Notes under the pieces: generated by a model | What the model was told of the DNA's origin: nothing | The model's database searches: none | Seen by the model: the letters and a program-made list of their open reading frames with translations, nothing else | Part shown: in pieces, positions 25,157 to 39,362 of the stretch | Position numbering within the stretch: position 1 is the first letter of the stretch | Layout of the letters: each line of letters opens with the position of its first letter | Source: Trichoplax adhaerens | Lineage: Eukaryota; Animalia; Placozoa | Assembly: GCF_000150275.1 (NCBI RefSeq) | Contig: NW_002060946.1 | Coordinates: forward strand, 2,065,454-2,129,453 | Direction of reading: 5' to 3' | DNA: 64,000 nt | Made by a program: the position numbers and the translations under genes

Positions 25157-28100
25157 AGGAACAAAGCAATGGAAAAAAGTGAAGGCTATAAAAAGGAAAC
25201 GGAATATTTTTTTAAATCTCAATATATCCAACGTAGAAGATGCTCTTGTATGTTTCTAAGCTGTCGTAATGATCTTCATAACTTAACTAGCACGAGTTAT
25301 GAAATCGAAGGCAGGAAAGGCTCTCTACCGGACCATAATCAAAGAACTTTTATTCTTAAGCGTTCATTTACATTTAATGATTTAACATTAATTCGTCAAT
25401 GGCAAGATTGGCAAGACCGTTGGAAGAATGATAGAAAGTTTCTCTATCAACAGAATCGCTTGAATCATCTTGCCCCGTCCTTGAAGGATAATTTGTCAAT
25501 GCCTACGTCTTCAAAGATATTCTCATCGAATCATGGTATGGTGAACGAAGCTGCTAGCTGTGATGTTGATGTACTAGATTGTCGTCAAGGGCAGTTTGAG
25601 CAACAATCGATTAATGAGAAAGGTTACTTCATGAATGCGGAATTTACGAAAGAAGGGGAAATTTTGCCAAGTCTTAAGGATTATGTTTCAAGTCGCTTAA
25701 TTGTTTGTAAAGGAAATGCCGCTCTTTCAAGTTCTTTCGATAACACTATTAGCAATCCAGCAGGAGAAGATAATACAAAGTGTTTCTGTAATAATGTGTA
25801 AGTTACCAATTATATTATCACTGTAGCCATGAATTGGAGATTATGGTGGGACATCACCTACCAACATAAAATGACTACACCACTGATTGAATTCTTATTT
25901 TACCTTCCTCTGTTGTAATTTATCTTCATCGTAATAAAATATAGGATTATAGTAGCTAAATGTCGTAGAAATTGCGTTCAGTTCTTTGATAAACGGGTAA
26001 TAGTAACTTGCGTGAAATTCGTATATTCTACATTATCAGCAAGCTTTATGATCATTATGTAGTCATGAATTGATAGTATACTTTTCCTAGCGAAACGAGT
26101 CATGCTTATCTATCACTAGAAGAATAGTTATTCGATTGAAGAAGTGAAGTGTTTTTTAATTTACGTTTAAAATGATTTTATTAGAAATTATTCACTTGCT
26201 AATAATATCAGCATGAATGACGACCTAGCACAGGTAAATACATCGCTTACCTTGTCTTTTTCTGGTTTTCTACATTCTTTGTTAATAATTCTCTTTATGC
26301 TTGGCCAATGTTTTATTGATGTATCATTAACGATCCTTAGCGTGAAAAGCAAGACGAATTAACACATAAGTGCGAAGCGACGACGCTATTTCCCGTAGGC
26401 AACTCATTTGCCCTGAAAGTTAAGGTTAAAAAGGACTATAAATAATACAAATGTTTCTCTCGGAAACTTAAAATTTATAAAGTATTGAATTTTCGCAATG
26501 ATTTAGAAATTGGAATCCTGGTTTGATAGCTGCAATGATAATCAACGCAATTATATATTAAGAGGACTCTTAGTAAGTATTAAAATTTGCGGATTTTGAA
26601 AGATATCGGAAATTTTTATGGTTCGATTCTAATGATCTTATTTAACGATGGTAATGGTAAAAGGATCGATGTAAAGTACCGCAAATGCATATGTTGTCAA
26701 TGGTAATGGCCCCTATTCTACATAAGACTTGCCCCTTTAATTGTGAAGATATGTTAGCTTGGCTTCCAACTCATATTGCGCACAAAATTTTGGTATATTT
26801 AGATCCAGGTAATTAATCTATGCATTGAATCATTTTATTTGGCTAAGTTATTCTCGTCATGGCTATATTATATTCATACAATTGAAATAAATTAATAACC
26901 ACTTTACATACTGTCCTGATATTTAATTTTAAATTCAATATATATGAATCTCTATCCCAGTTAGCTTATGTCAATGTTCACTTGTTAATCGATCGTGGTA
27001 TCGTATGGCAAATGATCCAAAGCTTTGGATTAGATTGTGCAAGTACGTCATACGATAGCAATATGCATATTACATCTTAGTTACAACTGTAAATTTAATA
27101 GAAATGCAGTTAGAAGATAAAATGATTAAATAATAGTATATTTATTAGTCAGCCACAGTGGATACCTTCTGAATATGCCAATGTAAAGCGATACGCTCAA
27201 GGCTGGAACAATGACCAACAAAATGTACCTGTGAATAATATTCTACTTAATATTAATAAGTGAGGTATTTATACTGCTTTTAAATGTAATATTGGATAAA
27301 TGCTTAAACATTTTAAAATAGTGGAAAATGATCTTTGGTGAACGCTATCGCCTTTACCGTAACTGGATGAAGGGCTACTGTAGTATTCGAAAATTTGAGG
27401 GTCATAGCCAGGGTAATTTTTAAAATATTCATTAAATTTTCGTCGTTGTATATAAGTGAATACGAATATAAATACGCGTATATATATATACTGAATACAT
27501 AATTATCTGCTTCTAATCCTTAGGAATTTCCTGCGTCAAATTTGATGAGAGTAGAATTATTACGAGCTCATATGATAAAAAAGTTAAGGTAATCAATAAC
27601 CACTCTGACATTATGTGGTATGCGCTTAATCTAACAGGATGACTATTGTTCATCATATCCTATTTGAAATTCGATAAATTGTTGCACTACCTTAATATTT
27701 TGAAAGGTTTGGGACATTCGTACTAATTCACCATGGTCTGCTATGACTCTTACTGGACACACAGGCACCGTTAGGTGTATGGATTTAAAAGAGAATAGAC
27801 TCGTTACTGGGTCATGCGATTGTACAATTAAGGTATTCAATCCAGTATAACCAGTTTACGGTTGTCAGACTTTAGCTACCTTATTACGCCTGATGCTTTT
27901 TGATTTTAACTATTTCTGTATGTCTTAAGTGCCTTACATGTTAATATCTAATTTCTCGTGATTGTATTTGTATATAAGGTTTGGGATTTGCACATGTCCC
28001 AAACTTGGAGTAGCGTCGTATGCAGAGCTACGTTATTGGGACATCAGCATACCGTCAGATGTCTTCAGGTGAAGATTATAATTGCTAAGCAGTTACTGTC

Positions 28101-29221
28101 TTTACTGATAATATTAAGGTTATAAATCATACAATTACTAATAAATAAATTGAAATTCGACAGATGGAAGGTGACTTTGTAATTAGCGGATCATATGACC
28201 GAACATTAAGAATTTGGGATATTAGAACTAAGACATGTATGAAAATATTATGGTAATAATACAAAATACTTACTTTCCTTTCGGTTGCAGTAGTTGTAGA
28301 AATAACTTATGACGGCTATTTCCTTTAATTTTGTAATCGTATGCACGTGCATTACTGGATTGATACCCGCTATTGCAGGGGACATACAGATTGTGTGCTT
28401 TGCCTACATTATGTAGACAATTTGTTGGCGTCTGGTTCTTACGATTGCACTATAAAGGTATATACTCATCGTTACGATCAACAGCTTAAGTAATTCATTT
28501 TAGGACAACTTATATCGTAACATACGTATATTGGTAATATTATTGTAATAGATTTGGAATATGCAGACTGGTATTTGTTTGAATACTCTGGAAGGACACG
28601 AAAGGGCAGTAACTTGTCTCAAGATAGCAAATGGGCAAATTATTAGTGGCTCTGTTGATCGCAATATAATGTTTTGGGATTTTCGTACCGGCGAAGTATG
28701 TAATTAAATGTTCGACTCTCTTTATGTATCCGATACAAATACTTTCAAGATGAAATAGATATTAAAAAGTTGAAAATTTTCTTATAGTGCATCAGAAAAT
28801 TGGATTGGATCACTTCAGAGGGACATACTGCACCAATCCGGTCATTATCAACAATAAATTGCGAATAATCTAGCATATTTGCATCATTATTTTCTACTCT
28901 GCTCTTATATGCTATCGCTTTTTTATAACTAGATGTTTACAAGCTGATCATTGGCGTATCGTAAGTGCAGCAGACGACAAAACTATCAAGGTACGTTGAT
29001 GATATAGTGTCTTCTTAATTATCTCAGTACTAACACAATATTCTGTTTGTGACTTTGTTACGTGATCTTAAAATTAGGTATGGTGCTTAAAGTCTGGTAA
29101 GAGACTTGCGACATTCGTTGGTCACCAAGATGGTGTTACACATTTGCAGTTTAACGATAGAGTTATTGTATCTGGTTCATACGATACAAGTGTTAGACTA
29201 TGGGATTTTTCTGTTTGTTAA
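25157..29221 (+). CDS. F-box/WD40 SCF substrate receptor (FBXW7/beta-TrCP/Met30-like architecture); 5' end uncertain
   Basis: Spliced exons give a D-domain-like WFDSCNDNQRNYILRGLLDRC, the F-box DMLAWLPTHIAHKILVYLDPVSLCQCSLVNRSWYRMANDPKLW and seven GH...WD-type repeats, ending WDFSVC* at 29221. The start codon may be at 22407, 24989 or 25169. Confidence 0.9.
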
Positions 29222-29992
29222 TTATAACTATTACTGGGATAATGAATTTCCATTACAACTATATGCCTTTAGTTCTATTAATGAAAATAATTTTCTTGCG
29301 TCTTATCTTCGAGGTAGTGAGTAAATCCTATATTATCTGTTTTCCATTTCTATCTATATCAACCTTTCTGTAAATTTTTAATTATATTTTTTAATTCCTA
29401 ATGATTTACTAACCCGAATCAGATTATCACAATGATCGCTAAAAATTTTATAAGTGCTCATCTAGACAGACTAATATTATTTATAAATTTAATTATAAGT
29501 GTTGCTATTATAAAATTTACATTACATATGATCAAACAAAATTCGACAAATTAATTCAATACTTTATTAAGGATGCTATGCACCAATAGATTCACAAAAA
29601 GGAATTTACTATTTATATAAAATATCCTACTTGTAAATGATTTTCTCATTCGATAATATAAATTATACAGGTTAGATTTTCAAGTAGTGTTTGGCTACTT
29701 CAATTAAAAATTACTTAATGACCAATTGACGACGTATTATGGAATACGTAAATTTTTATATATACGAATATAAACATACGCTGTAGATTTTTCGATAATA
29801 CGACACGAAACTGAGTGTACATATATTGATTCAATTTAATTTACAATTTTAGACCCGCTAACGAGTATTGCATAATTCTATGCGCATCTGTAATTAATGT
29901 TGCCGGTGAGATATCACTAATTGTGTTAGATCAGAAGACCTATGATGGTTGTTATTTATACTTACGATTATTATAGATTGCAATATACAGTA

Positions 29993-32483
29993 TTAGTGGG
30001 CACTAAAACATTTTTTGTCATATTTACAAATTGCTGTAACTTCAAATTCCGCAGTTGTATGTAAACCTTGAATGACGATATTGTATGGATTTAATGTTTT
30101 CCTAATTTCGACTTTCTGATCAAAAATATCGACAAGAACATCTCGTTGTATTGCCTCATCATCATAAACCTCCATATGTAGGTTCACGTATTTCTAATGG
30201 GAGTAGAATAACAAAATTATAGGATTAACTGTTATAAACTGATTTATTAACTTTATGATACCATATTGAAATAAAAAATTATTAGTATTCTGTATTTTTT
30301 ACCGGTATAGTTTCTGTAAATCGAACTGGAATAGTAAGATAAGGGTAAAATTCTTCATTAGCATCGATAAAAGTCTTATGCGTTGAACGGCTATAGCCGC
30401 ATTGATCGTTATCGTTTCCAATGCATAGACTAAAAATGTAATCACATCTGGAATCTAAGGGCCAGTAATCACAAGCATTATCGCCAGAATCTCTGCTTCC
30501 AGGGTTCAAGTAACGAACCAACTTTACGCGTAATTGGTTTACGTCATGAGCCTAAATAGGAGGAGAAAAAAATGATGAAAATAGGCTATTGAAAGTAGCA
30601 ATGTGTATTTTCCTTTTCTCTTTTTGAAAATATTTGCTTTTGGATTGATACCGCATGCTACTGAAATTTACACTGTACAATGTACATTCGATCGGATAGC
30701 ATACGTACCATATATAACAGTATGAAAAAATGATCTAATACTTGATTACGATGCAAGCTATAATAATATTTAAATTACATACTAATTGCTTAGTCTACAT
30801 TTGGAATGATTGAGAACAAAATCGATTACTTACGTATTCGGGTCCAAAGTAGTATAACGTTTGTTGCTGCGAAGTGATACCTATATAGGAATAAATTATT
30901 AAAATTTCGAAAGATGTTATACAGAGTTACTAAATTTTTTATTAGCATCTCCTCTGTAAGACTTTGAGGTAATTGGTATAATAATTCGCTTCATTTTGCA
31001 AAATCATTTCATTTGCAACTTTATGAAAAATTCGTTTTTGGCGCTGTTAGCTATAACAATTGCAGTTGATTTTACTGTTACAATGTGATAGTATCCTGAT
31101 AGAGTGCTAAATTATTCAGTACCAAGTGGATAATTACCTTTAATGCATCGAGGGCCTGAATAACCTTTTGCACAGGTCACTTTAGTTCGTATGTAAAATA
31201 TACTTTTTTTGCCGAATAGGCGATCAGGAATAGGACCAATATTTCCAGTTAATGGAATATACCCATGCAAAACATCAATATCATCATGTTGAAGAGTATC
31301 AAAATCTCGAACAGTAATTTTGATTGGCATATAGGCCTAGGATTATGAAAAGTAGGCTTAATTCACTAACAGATATAGAATTAAGTAACTAATGCTTTGA
31401 TATTGCCGTTAAATGGAGATAGATACAGGTATATTAGGAGATGAGTAATATTAGCTTGACGTATCTCATGGAAGTTTTCGTTTTCTTATGAATTAATTGA
31501 ATGTAGCTCAAACGTACTTTAGCTACTAACCCGTTTGCAAAGGTTAAAACTTTTCGATTACTAATTGCATCTCTGCTCTGCTTACATCCAGTATTACCAT
31601 ACTTTTGGGAATTTCGTTTACTGGATATACATATGTATATGTATGAATTTGCATCTATTATATAATTATTGTTTGACTCGAGTTCTTTATTTTCTCGCTT
31701 TAACTATATATTTATATTATATTTATAAGTGCACATTATATTATTTAATAATACTGACTACAATATTCTACAGTAACACCTTTTGTGCATGTAGCTTTAC
31801 CTAGATCTACTTGATTTATGGTTCTGATTTGGCTAAAATTATAAGATGAGGTATTTCCTAGCTAAACTAGCGATTTTAACAACTTTAGCTTATCTATATA
31901 AGATATTAATGCAGCTGGCGATTCTATTAGGATTAATTAATTACTGTGCGACATACATGAGAAGAATTGTAACGTAATAAAATATTTATTCTAACAGGAA
32001 TTCATTAGTACTAGCTGGAATAAGTTAGTATCATCTTAAAATACTGCTAACTTTTAGAAAGAATATCTTACCGGTAAAATGCCATCGATATTAATTCTAA
32101 GACGAATATCTGGTCGAGATATGATTTCTGCATTAAAAATTGGTCCAACTTCACGTTTCAAATGTCGACAATTGTGCCCAACACAAATTGTAAAGAGGTA
32201 ATCGCATTTTGGATTATCGGGATGATGATCACAATTTCTGCTAGCAGCATCCTTGCCATCATAATTATAGTATAAGTTAAGCACGATTTCAAGTTGGTGA
32301 CGAGGATTTGCCTCAATAGAAGCCTATAAACCATGGCAGTTTTGAAGAATAAATTAACGAATCAGTCTATTATAGTATTAGAAATTACAACCTTTACTAG
32401 AAGTGAAAAATTGATAATCTTACAGAATAACTTGTGACCATCACTAAGACAAAAATTAGGCCAAGATGCGAAGTGAATTTCAT
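29993..32483 (-). CDS. Secreted 335-aa protein with two tandem Notch-ligand N-terminal C2 (MNNL-like) domains
   Basis: Exons 32483-32424 (signal peptide MKFTSHLGLIFVLVMVTSYS), 32323-32072, 31336-31138, 30880-30834, 30551-30303 and 30193-29993 join in frame with GT-AG. Both halves show L.V.L..Y.N..G/S.D....CD.......CDY.F..C.G and V.D.D/E....D..D. The first half ends in CAKGYSGPRC. Confidence 0.75.
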
Positions 32484-32569
32484 TTTTGAGTCGAATATCT
32501 TATTAAAAATATTAGACTGAACTTGTGTGAAATTTTTTGTAAGATTTATGAAGATTATGAGAGACTGGA

Positions 32570-32577
32570 TTTATATA
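32570..32577 (-). promoter_or_regulatory. Putative TATA box of the secreted C2-domain gene
   Basis: TATATAAA on the - strand ~90 nt upstream of the ATG at 32483. Confidence 0.4.
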
Positions 32578-35500
32578 TTCGATTTCATCAGCATGATTGA
32601 TTTATTAAGCATGAATAAATAAATCAGCTGTTTATTTTGATAGAATATTCTTCGGAATGTCTGTTTACCTGTCTGTAAACTAATTAATTATCATTAATGC
32701 TAAATACGATGACTAAGTCTAATTTTAGTGTTGTGGGTTAAAACGTATCTGCGGATACACCCGCGCATACTGTTCTGATAGTTCATCTATTCTGTTATTG
32801 TGATTATTTAAGCGATTCGAATTATGACGAATATCTAGACTAAATTTAAACTTGTTATTAATAAAATTCTTGGAGTAAATTGTTGATACAGAAGAAGTAC
32901 TAACTAAAAGCATGTAGAAGAACATTTCATAGATTACTAGAGATTACACAATATATCATAGACTATCCTAAGGATTGATCCTTATATTTAAACTAAATAG
33001 TATTTAATTAAATTTATAAGTAAAGATATCCTATTAAATCGTTATACTATACAAACTAAAGTAGGATATAATTTAAAGAAGGCCTAAGTTGAAATACGTC
33101 CGCTACATTGTTTGCAAATCCTCATAATATTTATATTGTATCTATAGTTCTTACTGATTGTGCTTGTTAGCAAGTAAGATCAAGATTTCAACATGGTTAC
33201 CTAAATTTCTCCCTATTACTATTATTAACGCTGTATATCTACTTGAAATATTACTTGTGATCTTAATCTGCAATGAGTTCATTATGAAATCCTGGATTCG
33301 TATACGGTATTATATTGTTAATTAGATAGGTAATCAACTATTCCGTTATATATAAAATCTTTATCATTGATAAATGATGTTGTCTCTAATACTTACAACT
33401 ACGTGTCAATCTAAGTTATAATTGATGTTATTTTCAATGTACTCATGAATTGACTATGTTATGACCAAAATGTTTATATGTCCAACAGGCTCAGACATGC
33501 TTTAATTGCAGCAAATAGAAAACTTGATGTTGTTTATGCCTCTATCAGTTTAGGCTTTTGACTATAACAGTAGATAGTCCAATTTGCCACGTTGTATAAA
33601 TGAAATCTATCAATACCGTCATTATTTTGGCTATGAAGGATTAAGTGTTTTAGCTAATCCTTAATGCGTCATTGTTACCAAATATCAATAATTAACCAGT
33701 ACAGTCATCCAATATGATCCGCGGTATGATTGTAATCATAACAAGCTTCCAACCGTGATTTAAGAAAATAAACTATTGCCGACATCAATGATGTAATCAT
33801 AAATATGAGATGATGTCACCGAGTTAGGATAGATGTAATTATACTATCTTTTGATTGACTAAATAACTTTTAACCTTAAGATACACGCGGTGCTATTTAA
33901 CTGCTTAACATTTTAATGGGATCTGGTGTTGAAGAATATAGGTATTAGCAAGTTTCTCATGATAGACTAATGTTTAGATATAATGTTGCATCGATCTATA
34001 ACAGAAACTTACTGAAAATCCTTGCTAGATTTAAATTGCTTTTTGTTTAGTATCATTCCAACGGGATAAAGTTTGTAATAGTAAATAAGCTATCAATATT
34101 ATCCAACATCCATCGTTAACGTTATTTGATAATTCGAGAATTAAAAAGACTGCTATTATGATTTTCAAGGTAGTTATTAGATAGTTAATATCTCAGCGAA
34201 GGTAAACCGTTTGATCGGAATAAAACTTAAACGAAATAAGGCCGAAGCTTCTGCATAATGTGCATGAACTTTAGTGTGCTAAAATGATTTCGTTGAGAGT
34301 GAATTATGGCATTTTAGTTAGTATAAAAGTTAGTAAATCTAAGGCAAAATTTTTTAATGATCTATACGTATCTCTGCTTCATAGTTTCTCGTTCTAAAAT
34401 AATTTAGACTGTATCAAACATGAATTGAGTACTTTGACAATTATAAAGTATTGCAAAGTCTTTTCGCAATTTTAGCGTCTAGGCATAGTTCTGAGGGGTC
34501 CTGAATTGGTTTCTTTTTACTGGAATCTAAAATAATTAGTAAAGCGCAAAATGAAAGCTCAATGTAAAATGAGATGCATACGTTAATGATGAAATTCTAA
34601 CATGTCGATATCGTTTTCATAAAATGAAGGCTTTCAAAATTTTGCATATCTCTGGTTATGTTATTATAGTTTAATAACTGCAATGGAATATATTATTTAG
34701 CTATTGTTCATCTTGCAAATTTTATGCCACAAGGAAACTGAGGCTGAACTAAAGCCATACACTGACTTAATTTAGAGAATTTTTGTATTTTTATATCTCA
34801 CTTAAGGTAAATTAAATCGTGCTGAATAATATATGGTGTTTCTAATATTCAAATCATGATATCCGATATCTAAATATCCCAAAATATTGTGAATATAGTT
34901 GAGAAAGCAAGAACTAATTGAAACTCTATATGTATTATATTTAATTTCTATGTTCATTACACATCCCCTGATAAGTTGCAAAAGCTGATATACGAGTAAA
35001 GCAATAATCGCAGCTAGTCAAGATGTAAATCTTTGATCTGATATCGTATCTAGTGGGAGTCGAAACTCAGGCACCAATTAACATCAGCCAATGTTCCACT
35101 TATATTTATTAAAAAGCGAATTTGAGATCATATGATATTGACAGAGATGCTTAAAGTTAACTGCTCAATAGATATTTTATCTGGCGGAGCCAATTGTGAC
35201 AAATGCAGTATTAGCAGAAAAGATATTGAAAAGATATCAGTATGTAATAGCAGGTTTACGGTCTTATAAGGCGTTTTAAAATTGATAATTATATAGTCTA
35301 CATACATAGTTTTTTGATTGAGCTATTGTATTTAGTTAAAATGTAGAAAAATACAAATTTAGTGGCAATAATACATTAATATTCATTATGGTATTTTCCT
35401 AAAGACTATTTTTTGGAATGTGCACATATTAATAGAGCAGTTTTGTGACAAAGCGATATCATTAAGTCTTCCTATGTCATAAATTTCAACTGCTTTCATC

Positions 35501-38500
35501 CATTTATTAGTCTTCAATCCTCCCAATTTCTTGAAGTGACGTAATGAAATTAAAGCTGTGGTCTGTAAGAACATTATTAGATCACAGACGTATTGATACG
35601 AGGTGGATTATTCCGAGCTACGGTTAGATGGAAAATCTCGACATTTATTCCACTGTATTAACTAACTGAACAAAAATGAAGCAGCGAATTTTTACTTGAT
35701 ATGATTTTAATTTATATCCAGTATTCAGCTTAGCATTGACTAAATTATGTGTGATATAGTATATCTGACATTTAAGTGATTCCATAATTTAATAATATAT
35801 TAATGCAACATTTGTAAATAATAAGCCAATCAAATCATAAATTATGGCGCGCATTGAAGAAAAAGCAATGTAGAGATCAACTGCTATTACTTTATAAAGG
35901 AATATTTAAAAATTTATGAGCTTCCTTGCTTACAGTAACAGGTACGTTAGAATTCTTTTAGTATAATTATTGGACTAAATTTATCTGGGTGGTCTAACTG
36001 AAAGGGGAAAAAAGCAATGGAATACGATGATCCTAATCGAAGCTAAACAGAGAGCAAATCTTCTTCAAGGCCGAAATGTTTGCTATAATCCTCTTTTTGT
36101 CACACTAGAATTGAACCAAAAACTTGTAATAAGATTAATCACCAAGTAACAACTAATATTAAAAAAGATTTTTATACTTTAAATATTATTTTGATTACCT
36201 TGCCGTACGGCTTGTTGTTCTATTTCTAGTAATTCCATTTGAGATATATAAAATTATTGCATTATTAATTATTAGGATTGAGTGCTGATTAAACACCTCT
36301 ACTTCATAACCTTAGTGTGAAAGTCGTTAATTATCAATTCGTTTAAATCTTCTCCTATACATTCAACACTCATGATAGCTAGGAATTCAAGTAACAAAAG
36401 ACTACGCGTATATGTCAATCGCCATTTAGTCGCTGTAAACCATTATTATTTAATAATCTTCTTCAAATAATTGTATAATATAACTGGAAGGTAATCTTGG
36501 AATAATGTCCATCAATGGATATTCCATCATCATTGAGACGATGTTAATTACGGGTGTATCCGGCTTTTATGCTTGCATTATAATAAGTAATTTTAGCTTA
36601 TAAGCAATAGGATATGTTAGCAGATTGCTAATAATGTTTCATTTATGATTAGTAATTGTTTTTATTCTTGTTCTAGCACTCCATATTGCGATGACGATAA
36701 AAACAATTCTAATTGACTGTTTGAGATCGCTAATTTATTATTCTCTAAGACGAGGAATAACGATCGAACTAATGGGAATATCTTAGCCCTGTTTTAATAT
36801 TCATTAAAATAACGACGAGGTAAACTTGGTGCGAGATATCATTCTGTTTACCATCCAGCGAACTAGATCAATTTAATTAGCAAATTTATTGTTACGAAAT
36901 CTCATATGAGCAAGCTAAGTTGAACGTGATGATATAAATACTCGCATGTCATGATTAATTAAAGTTTAAGCTATTTCACGAAAATAAAATTGTTCATCTG
37001 GATTGTACCATCACTGGATCTTACGGATTTCATAAATGCAATTTAACCTATAAGAAACAAGTCATAAGATATTAATTTATTTCTAATGAGAACATGACAT
37101 ACCCTGTTTTATGTTCTGCAACTTTAAATTTCAATTTTAGTTTCATTTTAGTAAATAAATCAATACGTATTATATGATAAAAAATGAAGGTATATCCTTT
37201 AATTTGCGAGATATTAATTGTAGGTAGAAAGTAACAAGTACAACATACGCGATCACAACTTTCTGATATTTTAAGCAAAATTGCAATTAAATAAAACCAT
37301 ACAGTTGTTCCAATAGACTATACATGTATAATAATAATATGAAATTAATCCTTTAATCCGAAGGATTTTAAATTGAACCAGGCGGATAATATTTGCTCAA
37401 TTCTAAGTCATTTTGAGATGTTTCTTTCAATCTTAACCATTTACAGTATGTCAACATGATTTGACATCATGAAAGACACTAATATTTCAAAGAAGGAGAT
37501 GTTAATGCTGCTTAGAAATTATGACTACATCTGTCCTTGGTTCAACTTTTAAATGTTCTAGGTTATGTTTTAATCTGCCACTGTAAATAAATATTGTTCA
37601 AAAACAGAGGGAAAAAATTCTTTTTAATGCAAGAACTATTGATTTTAAGTAAATAATAAGGACCGGCACCTTATTTTGAGTATTTTTTGGATACCTTAGG
37701 TTAAATTGTAGCCTTAAAATGGTACATCATTGTATTTATATGATAGAATGGTATGTCAATCAATGGAGAGGTGATAGTAAATAGCCTATGGAAGAAACAC
37801 AATGATTTTATGAATAATACTTGATAGCATTAACTACAAATAAATTTATCTTCCGTAATCGTACTTCCTTTCAAGTTATACTTGCTCGTATTTGGTAACG
37901 TAGTCTTCATCACATACCCCGTAATTTCTTTTTATCCAGCATGTATTCCGAAAATTAAATAACGTCAGTATACGGGGTATCCTAAGAACCATATTTCGTT
38001 GCATCCTATTCGTAATATGTTTAAATTGAGTAATAGGAATGAAATTAACTTGTTCATGCTGTAAACATAACTAATTCATAGCCTGACAGAATGGGTTATG
38101 TTTGCCAAGTATTCTTGAACATGAATATCTCACATTAAGTAAAGAGCGGACAACATTTATTCATGATCGCTATTTAGTTAGAAGGTCAAAAATGGGATAT
38201 TATATCTTATTATGTCTAAAATGAATTATTGATGTGGATGCATGAATAAATGATTGGAAAGATGATGATCATGTTCAGATGGGTCATTAATTGGCATTGA
38301 GCAAATCGATTTGTATTGATTGTAATTTATCATAAATATTCCATGTTTTTATATTCCTGGATTAACACCGATTCTATTCCAGTAATAGCGTTATAGCTTA
38401 AGAATAGGATAATTAGAAGAATATGAATATTCTATTAGCGCTAAATAGATAATGATGTTAATGGGATTCACGTCAGATAAAACTTCGTTGGCAGGGCAGC

Positions 38501-39362
38501 AATAATAAAAAATGTTATTATCTTCATTTCTATCTATTATATCCTGATCAGCACGTTATACTATAAATCTACATAAATATGAGATACGATAGCCTTTAAC
38601 TTTAATAGGCAATCATTAGAGGATATTTTAACTAGGTGGGAGAAACCATCAGAAGTCTTTTACTTTTGAACACGCAGTTTCGGTTTGATTTTCGTAGTCG
38701 ATATTCGATTTAAAAAAGTCAATACCGGTAGAGATATAAAGAACTGTAATTTCTCTTTGTAAAAGTATCCTTTTTATGCTATCATCAGTTATAAAATTAA
38801 GTGGTTATTGATGAGATATTACAATCATCAAAGAAGAGAAGAAGTTTACATAATTATGGGTATGATAGTCAATTCTTGGTCACGTTGAAGATTTCTATCG
38901 AATTTGGTAAGTCTTTATTGCAACGTATCGTACAAGTAAAAATTGATATTGGGGAAGAAATATCTTACATAGATACAAGGCCACATATATTGTATTTTGT
39001 AAGTTTAAAGTATTTCCATTTTAGATCGAGCGCAATAAAGTTATCAAAACGATTATTTTGGCTATAATATGACTCCAAATCGTCGTCAAATTGTTGTTGC
39101 TTAAAATTCTTGATCCAACCTTCTTCAAGAGCCGTTATATTGTTTATTATCACGGTTTAAGCTATTCGATTTTCAAGATCAAGTTGACCCATCTTGTTGA
39201 TTGAAAGTTATTTCGTTGACTATTGTAAGAATATCAAGAAAAAATAGTGAAAATTACTAACAAAGGTTAAGAACTATTTTTAAAACTCAATTACGAGATA
39301 TAGACAGTGTGGTCTTATCTTCGATGTTATTGAACCGATATTCTATGATCCCTTGATGAAGC

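Noticed and set aside
32600-39300. Short ORFs in the long intergenic stretch
   Set aside because: No recognisable motifs or consistent exon chain; expected by chance in AT-rich DNA.
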